Origin: an uncultured Bacteroidales bacterium
Lineage (GTDB): Bacteria; Bacteroidota; Bacteroidia; Bacteroidales; CAZJKL01
DNA length: 64,000 bases
Direction of reading: 5' to 3'
Assembly (NCBI GenBank): GCA_964546655.1
Contig: CAZJKL010000001.1
Span: 2,093-66,092, forward strand
Below are positions 28,501-38,522 of the stretch, piece by piece (the first letter of the stretch is position 1; each line of letters starts with the position of its first letter). The translations under genes were made by a program, and so were the position numbers. Below the pieces are notes generated by a model that was not told where the DNA came from, made no database searches, and saw only the letters and a list, made by a program, of their open reading frames with translations.

Positions 28501-29482
28501 AATCATAAACAGCATTAAGAGTAGGAGCAGTGCAAACACCTAAGCACGTTTTTTCAATAACATTTGATTCAGCTGCTCCAGTCCAATCAGATTTACATAC
28601 TACTCTAGCCAATCTCTTATACCAAGTAGTAGTAGAAATAGAAGAAGGGTTGTATGTAGCAGAGTTTGAGCTAGAAATATCAGACCAAGGGCCTGTATTA
28701 CTTGTAGTTGAATATTGCCATTTATACTCAATAGCACCACCAACTTGATCGCTAGCAGCAACCGAGCTTGTAATATTTGAAGGATCCCATGTTCCTGAAT
28801 TTGATTCATCACTAGCAATAGTTCCTCCAATAGTTGGGTTTGTGCATGATATTGTTAATTTGTTATTTATATAAAAATTCCCCGCTGTACCTGTAACATT
28901 AGCATCAAAAGTTGCTTTTGTATCATTTCTGTAATAACAATATCTTGATGTACCTGCTGTATATCTAAATTGTGGCCCATTGCTCGAATTAGTTGCTTTA
29001 TAATTCAAATAATAAATTTCTAAGTTATCTGTATTATTGTATGCAAAATCTGTAATATCAATAGTTTTATAGTTTGAATTATAATCAATTGTTCCGTCAT
29101 AAACTAAAGTCCAACTACTAGTTAATTCAGCACCAGTAGGTCGTGCTGTAGTTACAGTTGCTGCACTTGTATGCCTCATATATATTTTTTGAGTAGTCCA
29201 AGAAGTAACACTACCAGTATTGTTTTCAAATGCAATATGAGTTATGCTACCATTAGTAGCAATTTCACTTTGTAAATAAATCATCTTTGACCAACCATAA
29301 TTGTAATTTCTTACAAAAGGAGCATTTGTTTGATATGTAGTTCCGGTTCCAATTGTTCTGGTTGTTTGACTAAAAACATTTAAACTAAACATTAATATTA
29401 AGAATACAAATAATGATATTATTTTATCAGAATTTGTTTTGCTAAATTTAATTATAAATTTATATTTATAATTTGTTTCCAT
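25541..29482 (-). CDS. Large T9SS-secreted multidomain protein (Ig/PKD/FN3-like domains, right-handed beta-helix, sorting domain)
   Basis: VFS|QTT; EYKWQYS..TWYKR Ig-like; ANAGSDQIIC PKD-like; GLTNGTTYY FN3-like; Asn/Ile-rich beta-helix; LPIELISF..YYRLKQTDFDG module; YDITGRLL..SGVYLIVL..KKVLLK sorting domain. Confidence 0.88.
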   Translation of the reverse strand: METNYKYKFIIKFSKTNSDKIISLFVFLILMFSLNVFSQTTRTIGTGTTYQTNAPFVRNYNYGWSKMIYLQSEIATNGSITHIAFENNTGSVTSWTTQKIYMRHTSAATVTTARPTGAELTSSWTLVYDGTIDYNSNYKTIDITDFAYNNTDNLEIYYLNYKATNSSNGPQFRYTAGTSRYCYYRNDTKATFDANVTGTAGNFYINNKLTISCTNPTIGGTIASDESNSGTWDPSNITSSVAASDQVGGAIEYKWQYSTTSNTGPWSDISSSNSATYNPSSISTTTWYKRLARVVCKSDWTGAAESNVIEKTCLGVCTAPTLNAVYDSEESKTICSGSSYTLGAGQVGGSGCSGSWEYAWYTGTGSDNTYWNGTTWTNAETYNSAYSSIIGVGPNTTTTYKVKCRCSADVSCNSSDATGVTVTVNTSTVANAGSDQIICGATTATLSGNTPASGSSTWALISGEGIITTPSVATSGITSLGDGNNIFRWTLDNGACADSYDEVTISGANTSATINTPISGNGVAVLSWTNPGCQTDEIMIVAKASSSVTGTPSGDGSAYTANATYSSGTSFGGGYVVYKGLTTTQLVKGLTNGTTYYLKFYKRYGTSWASLGETTVIPSASAVNYYINDASTTGDIYSTAIGGAYNGTTYDGLAPNKAVNSVQDIIDNYVLTDSDILLIDAGDYTESITLSASDMGSSTAPLKFIGAGSSKTIFTAEATSNNMSLSYDVEYIWIDGIRFNNSNDNKHNIYKEYGDYLTVKNCYLDITSTTASLGINIYLKSITDAPIHGNNCIISKNIITNSSEDGYGIHLLGDNDFNTISFNTITMTGADAYAIYCKHYFQSAGNEFWPTQNTINDNTISSVKTAIKLVGGDYNNNLQGYNIFNNLITLFGNTDADNSGMYLYACGKNTSSDNPFNIYSNKVKNGFAAVYCDNSTDGISVYNNFICSSKYGLYSYDDYTENIHKRNQLYHNSMYTSESCVYFNDGTNSYDTQKDWDIRNNILYTTSSSSSRACLEFYDTYDADDDKIYYCNNNILYAPNGANIAKWHSFASYTTLASWQGADMVSNGTSNDANSFGVDPKFINCSSCFLDILYDDLKAGVDLSVTDDIHGTGRSIPHIGAYEGIEILPIELISFTASCENEISIVKWTTATEINNDYFTLESSNDGINYEVVATITGSGSSNIERNYEYYDMSPYSEGTYYRLKQTDFDGTSSYSQIVYVGCDKFEQIDFEYINMIDSKNNKTLTILFNSSEGDKYYAQLYDITGRLLISNQGTTENGLNATKFDTKELSSGVYLIVLNNESTKISKKVLLK

Positions 29483-29761
29483 AACTTTAAGTTTATTATA
29501 AATGTATTAAAAGTTAATATTAGTTTCTTTATTTAAAAAAAAATACTTCTACTTATTTTCAATAACGATTTAATACATCAGTGGTTGCAAAATACTGTAT
29601 GTTTTTATTTTTATTTTTATTATGTTTATTTGTTTTATATATGATTAGTGTTTTTTGGTAAATTAATTCTATTCTTTAATTTTAATAAATGGTAAAAATA
29701 ATATCTTTGTTTACTTTAAATAATACATTTTAAAGTTTTATCGATATAATATTAATTATTT

Positions 29762-30337
29762 ATGTTACAAATAGGAAAAACTATAATTTCTCAAGAAATA
29801 TTTGATTTTTGTTTTTTATGTGATTTAAAAAAATGTAAAGGAGCTTGTTGTGTAGAAGGTGATGCAGGTGCTCCTTTAGAGCTTGATGAATGCAATTTTT
29901 TAGAAGACAATATTGATATTATTAAACCTTATTTAAGTGAAGAAGGGCTTAATGCTATAGAAAATCAACATGTTTTTATATTAGATGATTTTGGTGATGG
30001 CTTTGTTACGCCTTTAATTAATGATAAAGATTGTGCTTTTTCTTATAAAGAAGATGGAATAACTTATTGTGCTATCGAGAAAGCATTTATTGATAAAAAA
30101 GTTTCATTAAGAAAACCTATTTCTTGTTATTTATATCCTATTAGAATTACTAAATATAAAGAATTTGAAGCTATTAATTATCATAAATGGGATATTTGTA
30201 ATGATGCTTGTGTAAATGGTAAAAGAGAGAAAGTTGCTTTATATAAATTTTTAAAAGAACCTTTAATCGTAAAATACGGAAAAGAGTGGTATAATGATTT
30301 GGTTAATTGCGGTAAAGAATTGAAATGGATTGAATAA
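29762..30337 (+). CDS. DUF3109 family Cys-rich protein
   Basis: FLCDLKKCKGACCVEGDAGAPL and KPISCYLYPIR; TATCTTTG -7 motif at 29702-29709. Confidence 0.88.
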   Translation: MLQIGKTIISQEIFDFCFLCDLKKCKGACCVEGDAGAPLELDECNFLEDNIDIIKPYLSEEGLNAIENQHVFILDDFGDGFVTPLINDKDCAFSYKEDGITYCAIEKAFIDKKVSLRKPISCYLYPIRITKYKEFEAINYHKWDICNDACVNGKREKVALYKFLKEPLIVKYGKEWYNDLVNCGKELKWIE

Positions 30338-30396
30338 CTTTTTTTTGAAAAGAAGAAAATAATAATAACTTTGTTAAATATATTTAAACCAAAATA

Positions 30397-31374
30397 TTGA
30401 TGAAAACCATTAAAGAATTAATAAATATTGTAGAAACTAATATATCAAAGCAAGATTTTGTTCACGAACCAAAAGAACTTTATGAACCAATTAAATATGG
30501 CTTGTCGAGTGGAGGAAAAAGACTTAGACCTGTTTTAACTTTAATAGGTTGTGAAATGTTTGATGGCAAAATAGAAGATGCCATAATGCCAGCTTTAGGT
30601 ATTGAAATTTTCCACAATTTCACATTAGTTCATGACGATATTATGGATAATGCTCCTTTAAGAAGGGGACGAGAAACTGTTTATAAAAAATGGAATTCTA
30701 ATATTGCTATTTTATCTGGTGACGCAATGATGATTAAGGCTTATCAATATATTTCAAAATGTAAAAGCTCACAGTTACCTAAAATACTTGAAACTTTTAA
30801 TGATATTGCCCTAAAAGTTTGCGAAGGTCAGCAGTATGATATGAACTTTGAAAATACCGATAATGTTACAATTGAGCAATACAATAAAATGATTGAATTA
30901 AAAACATCGGTATTGCTAGCGGGTAGTTTAAAAATTGGTGGAATTATCGCTGGGGCTAATGAGAAAAATCTTCATAATTTATATGAATCTGGTAAATATA
31001 TGGGTTTAGCTTTTCAGGTTCAAGATGATTTATTAGATGTTTTTGCTGAGCAAGATAAATTTGGTAAAAAAGTAGGCGGTGATATAGTTTGTAATAAAAA
31101 AACATGGCTTCTTATTAAAGCTTTAGAAGTTGCAGATAAAAAAGATAAAAAAATTATTAATGAATGGTTAAATAAAAAAACTTTTATTGAAGAAGAAAAA
31201 ATTGAAGCTATTACAAATATCTATAATAAATATAATATTAAACAATTGGCTATTGAACAAATTAAAACTTTCTTTAATGAAAGCAAAAAACACTTTGAAT
31301 TAATTTCTGTGGCTGATAAAATGAAAGAGAATCTTATAATTTTTATGAACATGTTAATGAAAAGAGATTATTAA
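30397..31374 (+). CDS. Polyprenyl diphosphate (FPP/GGPP) synthase
   Basis: GGKRLRP, first DDIMD and second QDDLLD aspartate-rich motifs, GQQYD. Confidence 0.95.
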   Translation: MMKTIKELINIVETNISKQDFVHEPKELYEPIKYGLSSGGKRLRPVLTLIGCEMFDGKIEDAIMPALGIEIFHNFTLVHDDIMDNAPLRRGRETVYKKWNSNIAILSGDAMMIKAYQYISKCKSSQLPKILETFNDIALKVCEGQQYDMNFENTDNVTIEQYNKMIELKTSVLLAGSLKIGGIIAGANEKNLHNLYESGKYMGLAFQVQDDLLDVFAEQDKFGKKVGGDIVCNKKTWLLIKALEVADKKDKKIINEWLNKKTFIEEEKIEAITNIYNKYNIKQLAIEQIKTFFNESKKHFELISVADKMKENLIIFMNMLMKRDY

Positions 31375-31389
31375 TAAAATTTTATTATA

Positions 31390-31992
31390 ATGACTTTTAC
31401 TCTTAATTTTTTAGTTTCGTTTTTAATAGTATTTATTGCTAATTTTAATAGTGCCGATGAGTGGTTATTAAAAAAAGACAGTAATGGTATAAAGGTTTAT
31501 ATAAAAAATGATGAAAGTGCTAAAATTAAAGAATTTAAAGCAATAACGATAATTGAAACTAATATTGAAAATGTAAACAAATTAATTGGCGAAACCGAAA
31601 AAGCCAGTAAATGGATGTCGAATGTAACCGAAACAAAAGTTATTAAAAAAGTTAGTAATAACGAACAATATGTTTACTCTGTTATTGATATGCCTTGGCC
31701 AGTTGATGACAGAGATATAATAATTAATTCAAAAACAATTAGAAGCGGAGGAAATATTAAGATTGAAATGAATGGCGTTCCTAATTATGCTCCGAAAAAA
31801 GAAGGTTTTATAAGAATGCCGATATCAAATGGCTCTTGGACATTAATAAAAGAAAGTGATAATAAAACAAAAGTTATTTATCAGTTTTTAGCTGATCCTG
31901 GAGGAAATATTCCTGCTTGGGTAATTAATATGTTTCTTGTTGATGGCCCCTATGAAACATTAATAAATATGAAAAAAATGCTTAAAAACTAA
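31390..31992 (+). CDS. START domain-containing lipid-binding protein
   Basis: WLLKKDSNGIKVY, DMPWPVDDRD and DPGGNIPAWVIN motifs. Confidence 0.9.
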   Translation: MTFTLNFLVSFLIVFIANFNSADEWLLKKDSNGIKVYIKNDESAKIKEFKAITIIETNIENVNKLIGETEKASKWMSNVTETKVIKKVSNNEQYVYSVIDMPWPVDDRDIIINSKTIRSGGNIKIEMNGVPNYAPKKEGFIRMPISNGSWTLIKESDNKTKVIYQFLADPGGNIPAWVINMFLVDGPYETLINMKKMLKN

Positions 31993-31998
31993 TATAAA

Positions 31999-33051
31999 AT
32001 GAATAATTATAATGTGATTGGTTTAATGTCTGGTACTTCATTAGATGGACTTGATATAGCTTATTGCAGTTTCATTCTTAATAATAATAGTTGGCAATAT
32101 AAAATATTAAAAGCAAAAACTGTTGAATATTCGGCTGAATGGCTTGAAAAATTAAAGACTATTCACAATAAATCAGCCTTTGAATTGGTTTCAGCAGATA
32201 TTGAATATGGTAAATATATTGGTAAATTTGTTAAAGAATTTATAGATGAAAATAATATAAATGTTGATTTTATATGCTCTCACGGACATACTATTTTTCA
32301 TCAGCCTCAAAAGGGAATAACCTATCAATTGGGTAATGGAAATAATATTAAAGCTGTTACGGGAGTTAGTGTAATTAATGATTATCGAACTTATGATGTT
32401 GCCATTGGAGGTCAGGGTGCTCCGTTAGTTCCAATTGGAGATGAACTTTTGTTTGCTAACTATAATTACTGTATCAATTTGGGAGGGTTTGCGAACATTT
32501 CTTATAATAAAGATGGTAAACGAATAGCTTTTGATATTTGCCCGGTTAATATTGCACTAAACTACTTAACTAATAAAATAGGCGAAAAGTTCGATAATAA
32601 TGGAAGTTATGCTTCAAAAGGCAAGCTAAATACCGAATTGTTAAATGAATTAAATAAAATACAGTTTTATAGTGAAAAACCACCAAAATCGCTAGGGCGA
32701 GAATGGTTAGAAAAAGTTTTTATTCCAATAATTGAAAAATATGATATTAGCATAAATGATAAATTAAATACCATTTGTGAACATATCGCAATACAAATTA
32801 CAAATATTATTAATAAAGATAAACTTGGAACCGTTTTAGTAACTGGCGGAGGTGCATACAATTCATTTTTAATTTCTTTATTAAAAAACAAAACAAATAA
32901 TGAAATTATTATACCCGACAAAAGTACAATTGATTATAAAGAAGCATTAATTTTCGCCTTTTTAGGTATATTAAAAATTAGAAATGAAATCAATTGTTTG
33001 TCGTCTGTTACAGGTGCAAAAAAAGATAATATTGGTGGAATAATTTGTTAA
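31999..33051 (+). CDS. anmK: Anhydro-N-acetylmuramic acid kinase
   Basis: GLMSGTSLDGLD, SHGHT, GGQGAPLVP, NLGGFANI and GGGAYN motifs. Confidence 0.95.
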   Translation: MNNYNVIGLMSGTSLDGLDIAYCSFILNNNSWQYKILKAKTVEYSAEWLEKLKTIHNKSAFELVSADIEYGKYIGKFVKEFIDENNINVDFICSHGHTIFHQPQKGITYQLGNGNNIKAVTGVSVINDYRTYDVAIGGQGAPLVPIGDELLFANYNYCINLGGFANISYNKDGKRIAFDICPVNIALNYLTNKIGEKFDNNGSYASKGKLNTELLNELNKIQFYSEKPPKSLGREWLEKVFIPIIEKYDISINDKLNTICEHIAIQITNIINKDKLGTVLVTGGGAYNSFLISLLKNKTNNEIIIPDKSTIDYKEALIFAFLGILKIRNEINCLSSVTGAKKDNIGGIIC

Positions 33052-33152
33052 AATGTTTTTATTGATATTTATTTTAACAAATAAAAATAAATACCGTATA
33101 AATAAAAAATATAATTTATTTTTAATTTTATTAAAGAAAAAACTATTTATTA

Positions 33153-36100
33153 ATGAAGGATTCACAATACAAACAACTTATTAAATCGGCTCCATTTGGT
33201 TATGCCTACCATAAAATAATATTAGATAAAAAAGGTAACCCTATAGATTATGAATTTTTAGAAATAAATGAATCTTTTGAAAAACTTACAGGGTTAAAAT
33301 CAAATAATGTTATTAATAAAACATTAAAAACTTTATTTCCAAATATTGGAAGTGGCGAATTTGACTGGATAGGATATTACGGTGAAGTTGCTTTAAATGG
33401 AGGTGAAAAAGAATTTGAACAATATTCTGAACATCTTAAGAAATGGTATAAAGTGCAGGTTTATTCACCCGGAAAATATTATTTTTCAACTATTTTTATT
33501 GATATAACAAATGAAAAGATTAAAAATCAAGAATTAACAAAAAAGAATAAAGAGATTGAAGAATTATCAGAAGTTAGTTTAACTTTTTCATGGGAAATTG
33601 ATTCGGATGGATTATATACTTATGTTAGTCCTGTTGTTGAAAAATTATTAGGTTATAAACCCGAAGAATTAATAAATAAAAAACATTTTTATGATTTAGC
33701 TCCTATTGAAGATTTTGAACAATTAAAAGAATCTTCGTTGATTTTCTTGAATAATAAAATAAATATAGTTGATTTTGAAAATAGAATGGTTTCGAAAAAT
33801 GGAGAAATTGTTTGGGTTATTACAAATGGCTTTCCGTTAGAAGATGAAAAAGGAAATACTGTAGGATATCGTGGAATAGATTTTAATATTACCGAAAGAA
33901 AAATTATTCAACAAAAAGATGAAATAAGAGCTAAACTTGTAGAGTATTCGGTTAATCACAGTTTAGAGGAATTATTAACATATTCATTAGATTATATTGG
34001 TGATATTGTTTCTAGTCCAATTGGTTTTTTCCATTTTGTAAATGAAGATCAAAAAACATTATCATTACAACAATGGTCAACAAAAACATTAAAGTATTTT
34101 TGTAAAGCAGAAGGAAAGGGTGCTCATTATGATATATCTAAAGCTGGAGTTTGGGTTGATTGTGTAAGAGAAAAAAAGGCAATAATTCATAATGATTATA
34201 ATTCACTTAAAAATAAAAAAGGATTACCTAAAGGACATGCTGAAATAATTAGAGAATTAGTAGTGCCTGTTTTCCGTAAAGATAAAATAGTTGCAATATT
34301 AGGCGTTGGAAATAAACAATCTTTATATACTCAAGATGATTTAGATACTGTAAATTATTTAGCTAATATAACATGGGAAATTGTTGAGAATAAACGAAAT
34401 GAGGAAAACCTAAGGGTTAGTGAAGAACGTTACCGTAGCTTATTCGAAAATGCAACCATAGGAATTTACAGAACAACTCCTGAAGGAAAAATTTTAATGG
34501 CAAATCCAGCATTATTAAAAATGTTGGGATATGATTCATTTGATGAATTAGCAAAACGAAATCTTGAAAAAGATGGTCAGGAATCTCGTTATCCTAGAAA
34601 CGAATTTAGAAAACGGATTGAAGAAACAGGTGAAATAATTGCATTAGAATCTGTTTGGTTATTAAAAGATGGCTCTAGTATAGATGTAATGGAAAATGCT
34701 CGTCTTTTTAAAGATAATGCTGGGAATGTATTGTATTATGAAGGAATAGTTGAAAATATTAGCGAAAGAAAAAAACAAGAACAAGCTTTATTAGAAAGTG
34801 AGCAAAAATATAGGCTACTTACCGAAAATTCATCAGATGTAATTTGGAAATATAATCTTTCGAAAAATTGCTTTACTTATGTTAGTCCTTCGGTTTATCA
34901 GTTAGTCGGAAAAACATCAGAAGAAGTTCTGAACGAAACTTTAGAGCAATCGTTAAGTCCAGATTCAATGTTAGAAATTCAAAAAACATTAAGCGAAACT
35001 TTTGATGATTTTTTTAATAATACTGAAGAAAATAAACATTATATTTTAGAAGTTCAACAACCTCACAAAAAAGGAGGTTATATTTGGGCTGAAATGGCTT
35101 GTAGTTATCGTATAAATGAAGATAATGAAATTGAAGTTGTTGGAAGTAGTCGTAATATTGAAGAAAGAAAAAAATTAGAAGAAGATTTAATCAAAGCTAA
35201 AGAACAAGCAGAATCTGCAAATAAAGCAAAATCAGAATTTTTAGCAAATATGAGCCATGAAATTAGAACACCGCTTAATGGTGTAATTGGCTTTACCGAT
35301 TTATTGTTAAAAACCGATTTAAATAAAGTTCAAAAGCAATATGCTGATAATATTCATAACTCGGCCGATACATTGTTGGGAATTATAACAGATGTTTTAG
35401 ATTTATCTAAGATTGAAGCAGGTAAATTGGAATTAGATATAATTAAAACCGACCTATTAGATTTGGTTGAACAAACAACAGATATTATTAAACTTCATGC
35501 TTCAAAAAAAGGATTAGAATTTTTATTAAATGTTCAACCTGATATTCCAAAATTTATATATGCCGACCCAATTAGATTAAAGCAAATACTAATTAATATT
35601 TTAAATAATGCAGTTAAATTTACCGAAAAAGGAGAGGTTGAGCTAAAAGTTTCTTATAAAAAAGTTAAAAATAAGAAAGGTATTTTTGATTTTTCGATAA
35701 GAGATACAGGTATAGGAATTAGCACCGAAAAGCAGCAAAAACTTTTTAAAGCTTTTTCACAAGCTGATACATCAACAACAAGAAAATATGGAGGAACTGG
35801 ACTTGGGCTTGTTATTTCTAATCTTTTGGCTGATAAAATGGGAGGTAAAATTCAATTAAAAAGTAAACCTAATAATGGCTCCGAATTTTATTTTAGTTTA
35901 AATCTTGATTTTGAGAATGGAGAAAAATTTAATAACTCAGATTTATCTCATATTAACCGAGTTCTTCTTGTTGATGATAATAAAAATAACTTAACAATTC
36001 TTGAACATACTTTTGCTTACTGGGGAATTAAAACAGATCAATGCGAAGATGGCGTTTCTGCATTAAAAATTATTGAAAAATCTGCTCCATTTGATATTAT

Positions 36101-37151
36101 TATTGTTGATTATCAAATGCCTTATATTGATGGTATTGAAACAATAAGAAAAATTCGTGAAAAGTTAAAGTTATCTCAAAAAAAACAACCAGTTATTCTT
36201 CTCTATAGCTCTTCTGATGATTCAACAATTAATCACGAATGTGAAAAGTTAGGAGTTAATTGTAAAATAATTAAACCTGTAAAATCCAGAGATTTATTTA
36301 ATTATATAAAAAATATTAGAAAAGAAAATGTTGAAGAAAATGGTTCTCTTATACAATACGATAAACCAAAAATTTCTAATCAATATACGATTTTAATAGC
36401 TGAAGATGTTGAGGTTAATTTAATTTTGGTTAAAATATTTATTAATTCGTTAATGCCTAATGTTAGTATTCTTGAAGCTAGAAATGGTAAAGAAGCAATA
36501 AGTTTATATAAGAAAAATGATATTGATCTAATTTTCATGGATATACAAATGCCTGTTATGGACGGTTTGGAAGCTACGAAAGAAATTAGGAAACTTGAGA
36601 AATTAAAAAATAAATTTACGCCTATAATTGCTCTTACAGCTGCGGCAACAATTGAAGATAAAGATATTTGTTTAAGTATTGGAATGAATGATTTTCTTGT
36701 AAAACCAATAAAAGAAGAAAATATTTACAAATCAATAATTAAATTTTTGCCTTTAAAAGATGAAAATAAAACAGTTACTATTGAAGAAAACAGTTTTGAT
36801 AAGAATAAAAGTTTTGATGAAGAAACTTTAAGTAAAAGATTAGGTAATGGAAACAGAATTTCTGACGAATTAATTCAAATTTCAATTAATAATTTAGACG
36901 AATATGTTAAAAGTATTAATGATGCAATTGTTGAAAAAAACATAAATGATATTAAAAATTTATCACATAAAATTAAAGGAATTTGTTTAACAATGTGTTT
37001 TAATAATTTGGCCGAAATTATTGTTGAAATAGAAAAAGAAGCAAAAAAAGAAACTAAAAAAAATAATTATAGTGTTTTAAATATTTTAAATGAAAAAATA
37101 AATAATGAGTGGCAAGTACTAAAAGAGATTCTTGAAAATTATATTAGTTAA
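33153..37151 (+). CDS. Cytoplasmic hybrid sensor histidine kinase (PAS x4, GAF, HisKA, HATPase, two REC, Hpt)
   Basis: [16 protein letters not shown]-box; [15 protein letters not shown]-box; GGTGLGL; LLVDD..DYQMP and AEDV..DIQMP receivers; HKIKG Hpt; no TM segments. Confidence 0.95.
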   Translation: MKDSQYKQLIKSAPFGYAYHKIILDKKGNPIDYEFLEINESFEKLTGLKSNNVINKTLKTLFPNIGSGEFDWIGYYGEVALNGGEKEFEQYSEHLKKWYKVQVYSPGKYYFSTIFIDITNEKIKNQELTKKNKEIEELSEVSLTFSWEIDSDGLYTYVSPVVEKLLGYKPEELINKKHFYDLAPIEDFEQLKESSLIFLNNKINIVDFENRMVSKNGEIVWVITNGFPLEDEKGNTVGYRGIDFNITERKIIQQKDEIRAKLVEYSVNHSLEELLTYSLDYIGDIVSSPIGFFHFVNEDQKTLSLQQWSTKTLKYFCKAEGKGAHYDISKAGVWVDCVREKKAIIHNDYNSLKNKKGLPKGHAEIIRELVVPVFRKDKIVAILGVGNKQSLYTQDDLDTVNYLANITWEIVENKRNEENLRVSEERYRSLFENATIGIYRTTPEGKILMANPALLKMLGYDSFDELAKRNLEKDGQESRYPRNEFRKRIEETGEIIALESVWLLKDGSSIDVMENARLFKDNAGNVLYYEGIVENISERKKQEQALLESEQKYRLLTENSSDVIWKYNLSKNCFTYVSPSVYQLVGKTSEEVLNETLEQSLSPDSMLEIQKTLSETFDDFFNNTEENKHYILEVQQPHKKGGYIWAEMACSYRINEDNEIEVVGSSRNIEERKKLEEDLIKAKEQAESANKAKSEFLANMSHEIRTPLNGVIGFTDLLLKTDLNKVQKQYADNIHNSADTLLGIITDVLDLSKIEAGKLELDIIKTDLLDLVEQTTDIIKLHASKKGLEFLLNVQPDIPKFIYADPIRLKQILINILNNAVKFTEKGEVELKVSYKKVKNKKGIFDFSIRDTGIGISTEKQQKLFKAFSQADTSTTRKYGGTGLGLVISNLLADKMGGKIQLKSKPNNGSEFYFSLNLDFENGEKFNNSDLSHINRVLLVDDNKNNLTILEHTFAYWGIKTDQCEDGVSALKIIEKSAPFDIIIVDYQMPYIDGIETIRKIREKLKLSQKKQPVILLYSSSDDSTINHECEKLGVNCKIIKPVKSRDLFNYIKNIRKENVEENGSLIQYDKPKISNQYTILIAEDVEVNLILVKIFINSLMPNVSILEARNGKEAISLYKKNDIDLIFMDIQMPVMDGLEATKEIRKLEKLKNKFTPIIALTAAATIEDKDICLSIGMNDFLVKPIKEENIYKSIIKFLPLKDENKTVTIEENSFDKNKSFDEETLSKRLGNGNRISDELIQISINNLDEYVKSINDAIVEKNINDIKNLSHKIKGICLTMCFNNLAEIIVEIEKEAKKETKKNNYSVLNILNEKINNEWQVLKEILENYIS

Positions 37152-37154
37152 AAA

Positions 37155-38423
37155 ATGAGATATTATTTTACATTATTTATACTGCTTTTTTTTATTAATT
37201 TTTGTATTTCTCAAAATATAAGTATCGGCTCTTGTAGTGAATATGATAGTGCAAAAGTAATATTAATGCATCAACCTTCTGATGAACTTTTTTATGGTGT
37301 AATTCATCCTGATGCAGCTCTTTTCGAAGATTATTTTAGCTCGTATTTGGCAAAAGAAGAACACAAAGCATATCAAGAATTATTAAAATCAAAAAATATT
37401 AAGGTATTAACTGTTCGAGAAATATTGTTAGATAAAACTATTGATGTTAATGGGAAAATTATAGAAGGAGAGGAGCTAGAAAAATTACAAACTTTTGCCA
37501 AAAAATACATAAAACTAAATACCGATAATATTAATTCATACGAAAAAAATGAACAAATAAAGTATCTTAATAATATTTTAAACAAAATGCATCCTTATGA
37601 TTTGGTTAATATTATTTTACTTCAACCTATTATTACTTTGAAAAAAACCGATATAAATACTTTTTATACAGCTGATTATAATGTAAATCCTGTTATGAAT
37701 CTTTATTTTTTGAGAGATCAATTAATTACAACTAAAAAAGGTAATATTATCGGAAAACTAAACTCAAATCAAAGAGCTGTTGAAGCAGATATTATTGAGT
37801 TTTGTTTAAATAAAATTGGAGCTAAACCTTTATATCGAATTAATGGTGAAAAAGCTTTTTTAGAAGGTGGCGACTTCTTAACTTTTGGTGATTATGCTTT
37901 TATAGGTTGTGGGTTAAGAACAACTCAAGAAGCTATTAATCAATTACTTAGTTTAGATTTATTTGGTGCTAAAAAACTAATTGTAGTTAAAGATACTTGG
38001 CATAATCAGGCTCAAATGCATTTAGATACTTATTTTAATATTATTGACAAAAACCTTGTTGCTTTATCTCAAAAACGCTTTAATGCAAACGAAAATGATA
38101 GCTTATATTTAAAAGCTGATATTTATGAAAAAGTTGGAGATAGTTATGTTAAAACCGATAATGATTTAAATTTTGTAAAATATTTAACCAAAACTTTAAA
38201 TGTTGAAATTATTAGTATTTCAGACGAAGACCAATTAAATTATGGCGTTAATTTTTTAACTATTGCTCCAAGAGAAATTATTGCCGTTAAAGGATTGTCG
38301 GATTTGTTTAAATTATCGATGAGTAAACATAATGTTAAAGTCAATTGGATTGATTTTTCTAATCTTAAGCTTGGTTATGGTGCCGCACACTGTACAACGC
38401 AAGTATTACAAAGAAAGCATTAA
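37155..38423 (+). CDS. Arginine deiminase family protein with N-terminal Sec signal peptide
   Basis: NLYFLRD, LEGGD, MHLDTY and GAAHCTTQ supply the Asp/Glu/His/Asp/Cys active-site set. N-terminus MRYYFTLFILLFFINFCIS|QN. Confidence 0.85.
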   Translation: MRYYFTLFILLFFINFCISQNISIGSCSEYDSAKVILMHQPSDELFYGVIHPDAALFEDYFSSYLAKEEHKAYQELLKSKNIKVLTVREILLDKTIDVNGKIIEGEELEKLQTFAKKYIKLNTDNINSYEKNEQIKYLNNILNKMHPYDLVNIILLQPIITLKKTDINTFYTADYNVNPVMNLYFLRDQLITTKKGNIIGKLNSNQRAVEADIIEFCLNKIGAKPLYRINGEKAFLEGGDFLTFGDYAFIGCGLRTTQEAINQLLSLDLFGAKKLIVVKDTWHNQAQMHLDTYFNIIDKNLVALSQKRFNANENDSLYLKADIYEKVGDSYVKTDNDLNFVKYLTKTLNVEIISISDEDQLNYGVNFLTIAPREIIAVKGLSDLFKLSMSKHNVKVNWIDFSNLKLGYGAAHCTTQVLQRKH

Positions 38424-38522
38424 GTTTTAAGATGCTTATTGTTTTATTTTTATAAATTTGCATGTGTTCTTTTATATTTTATTAAAGAATCCATATGGCA
38501 AATTAAAGAAAATAATATTCAT

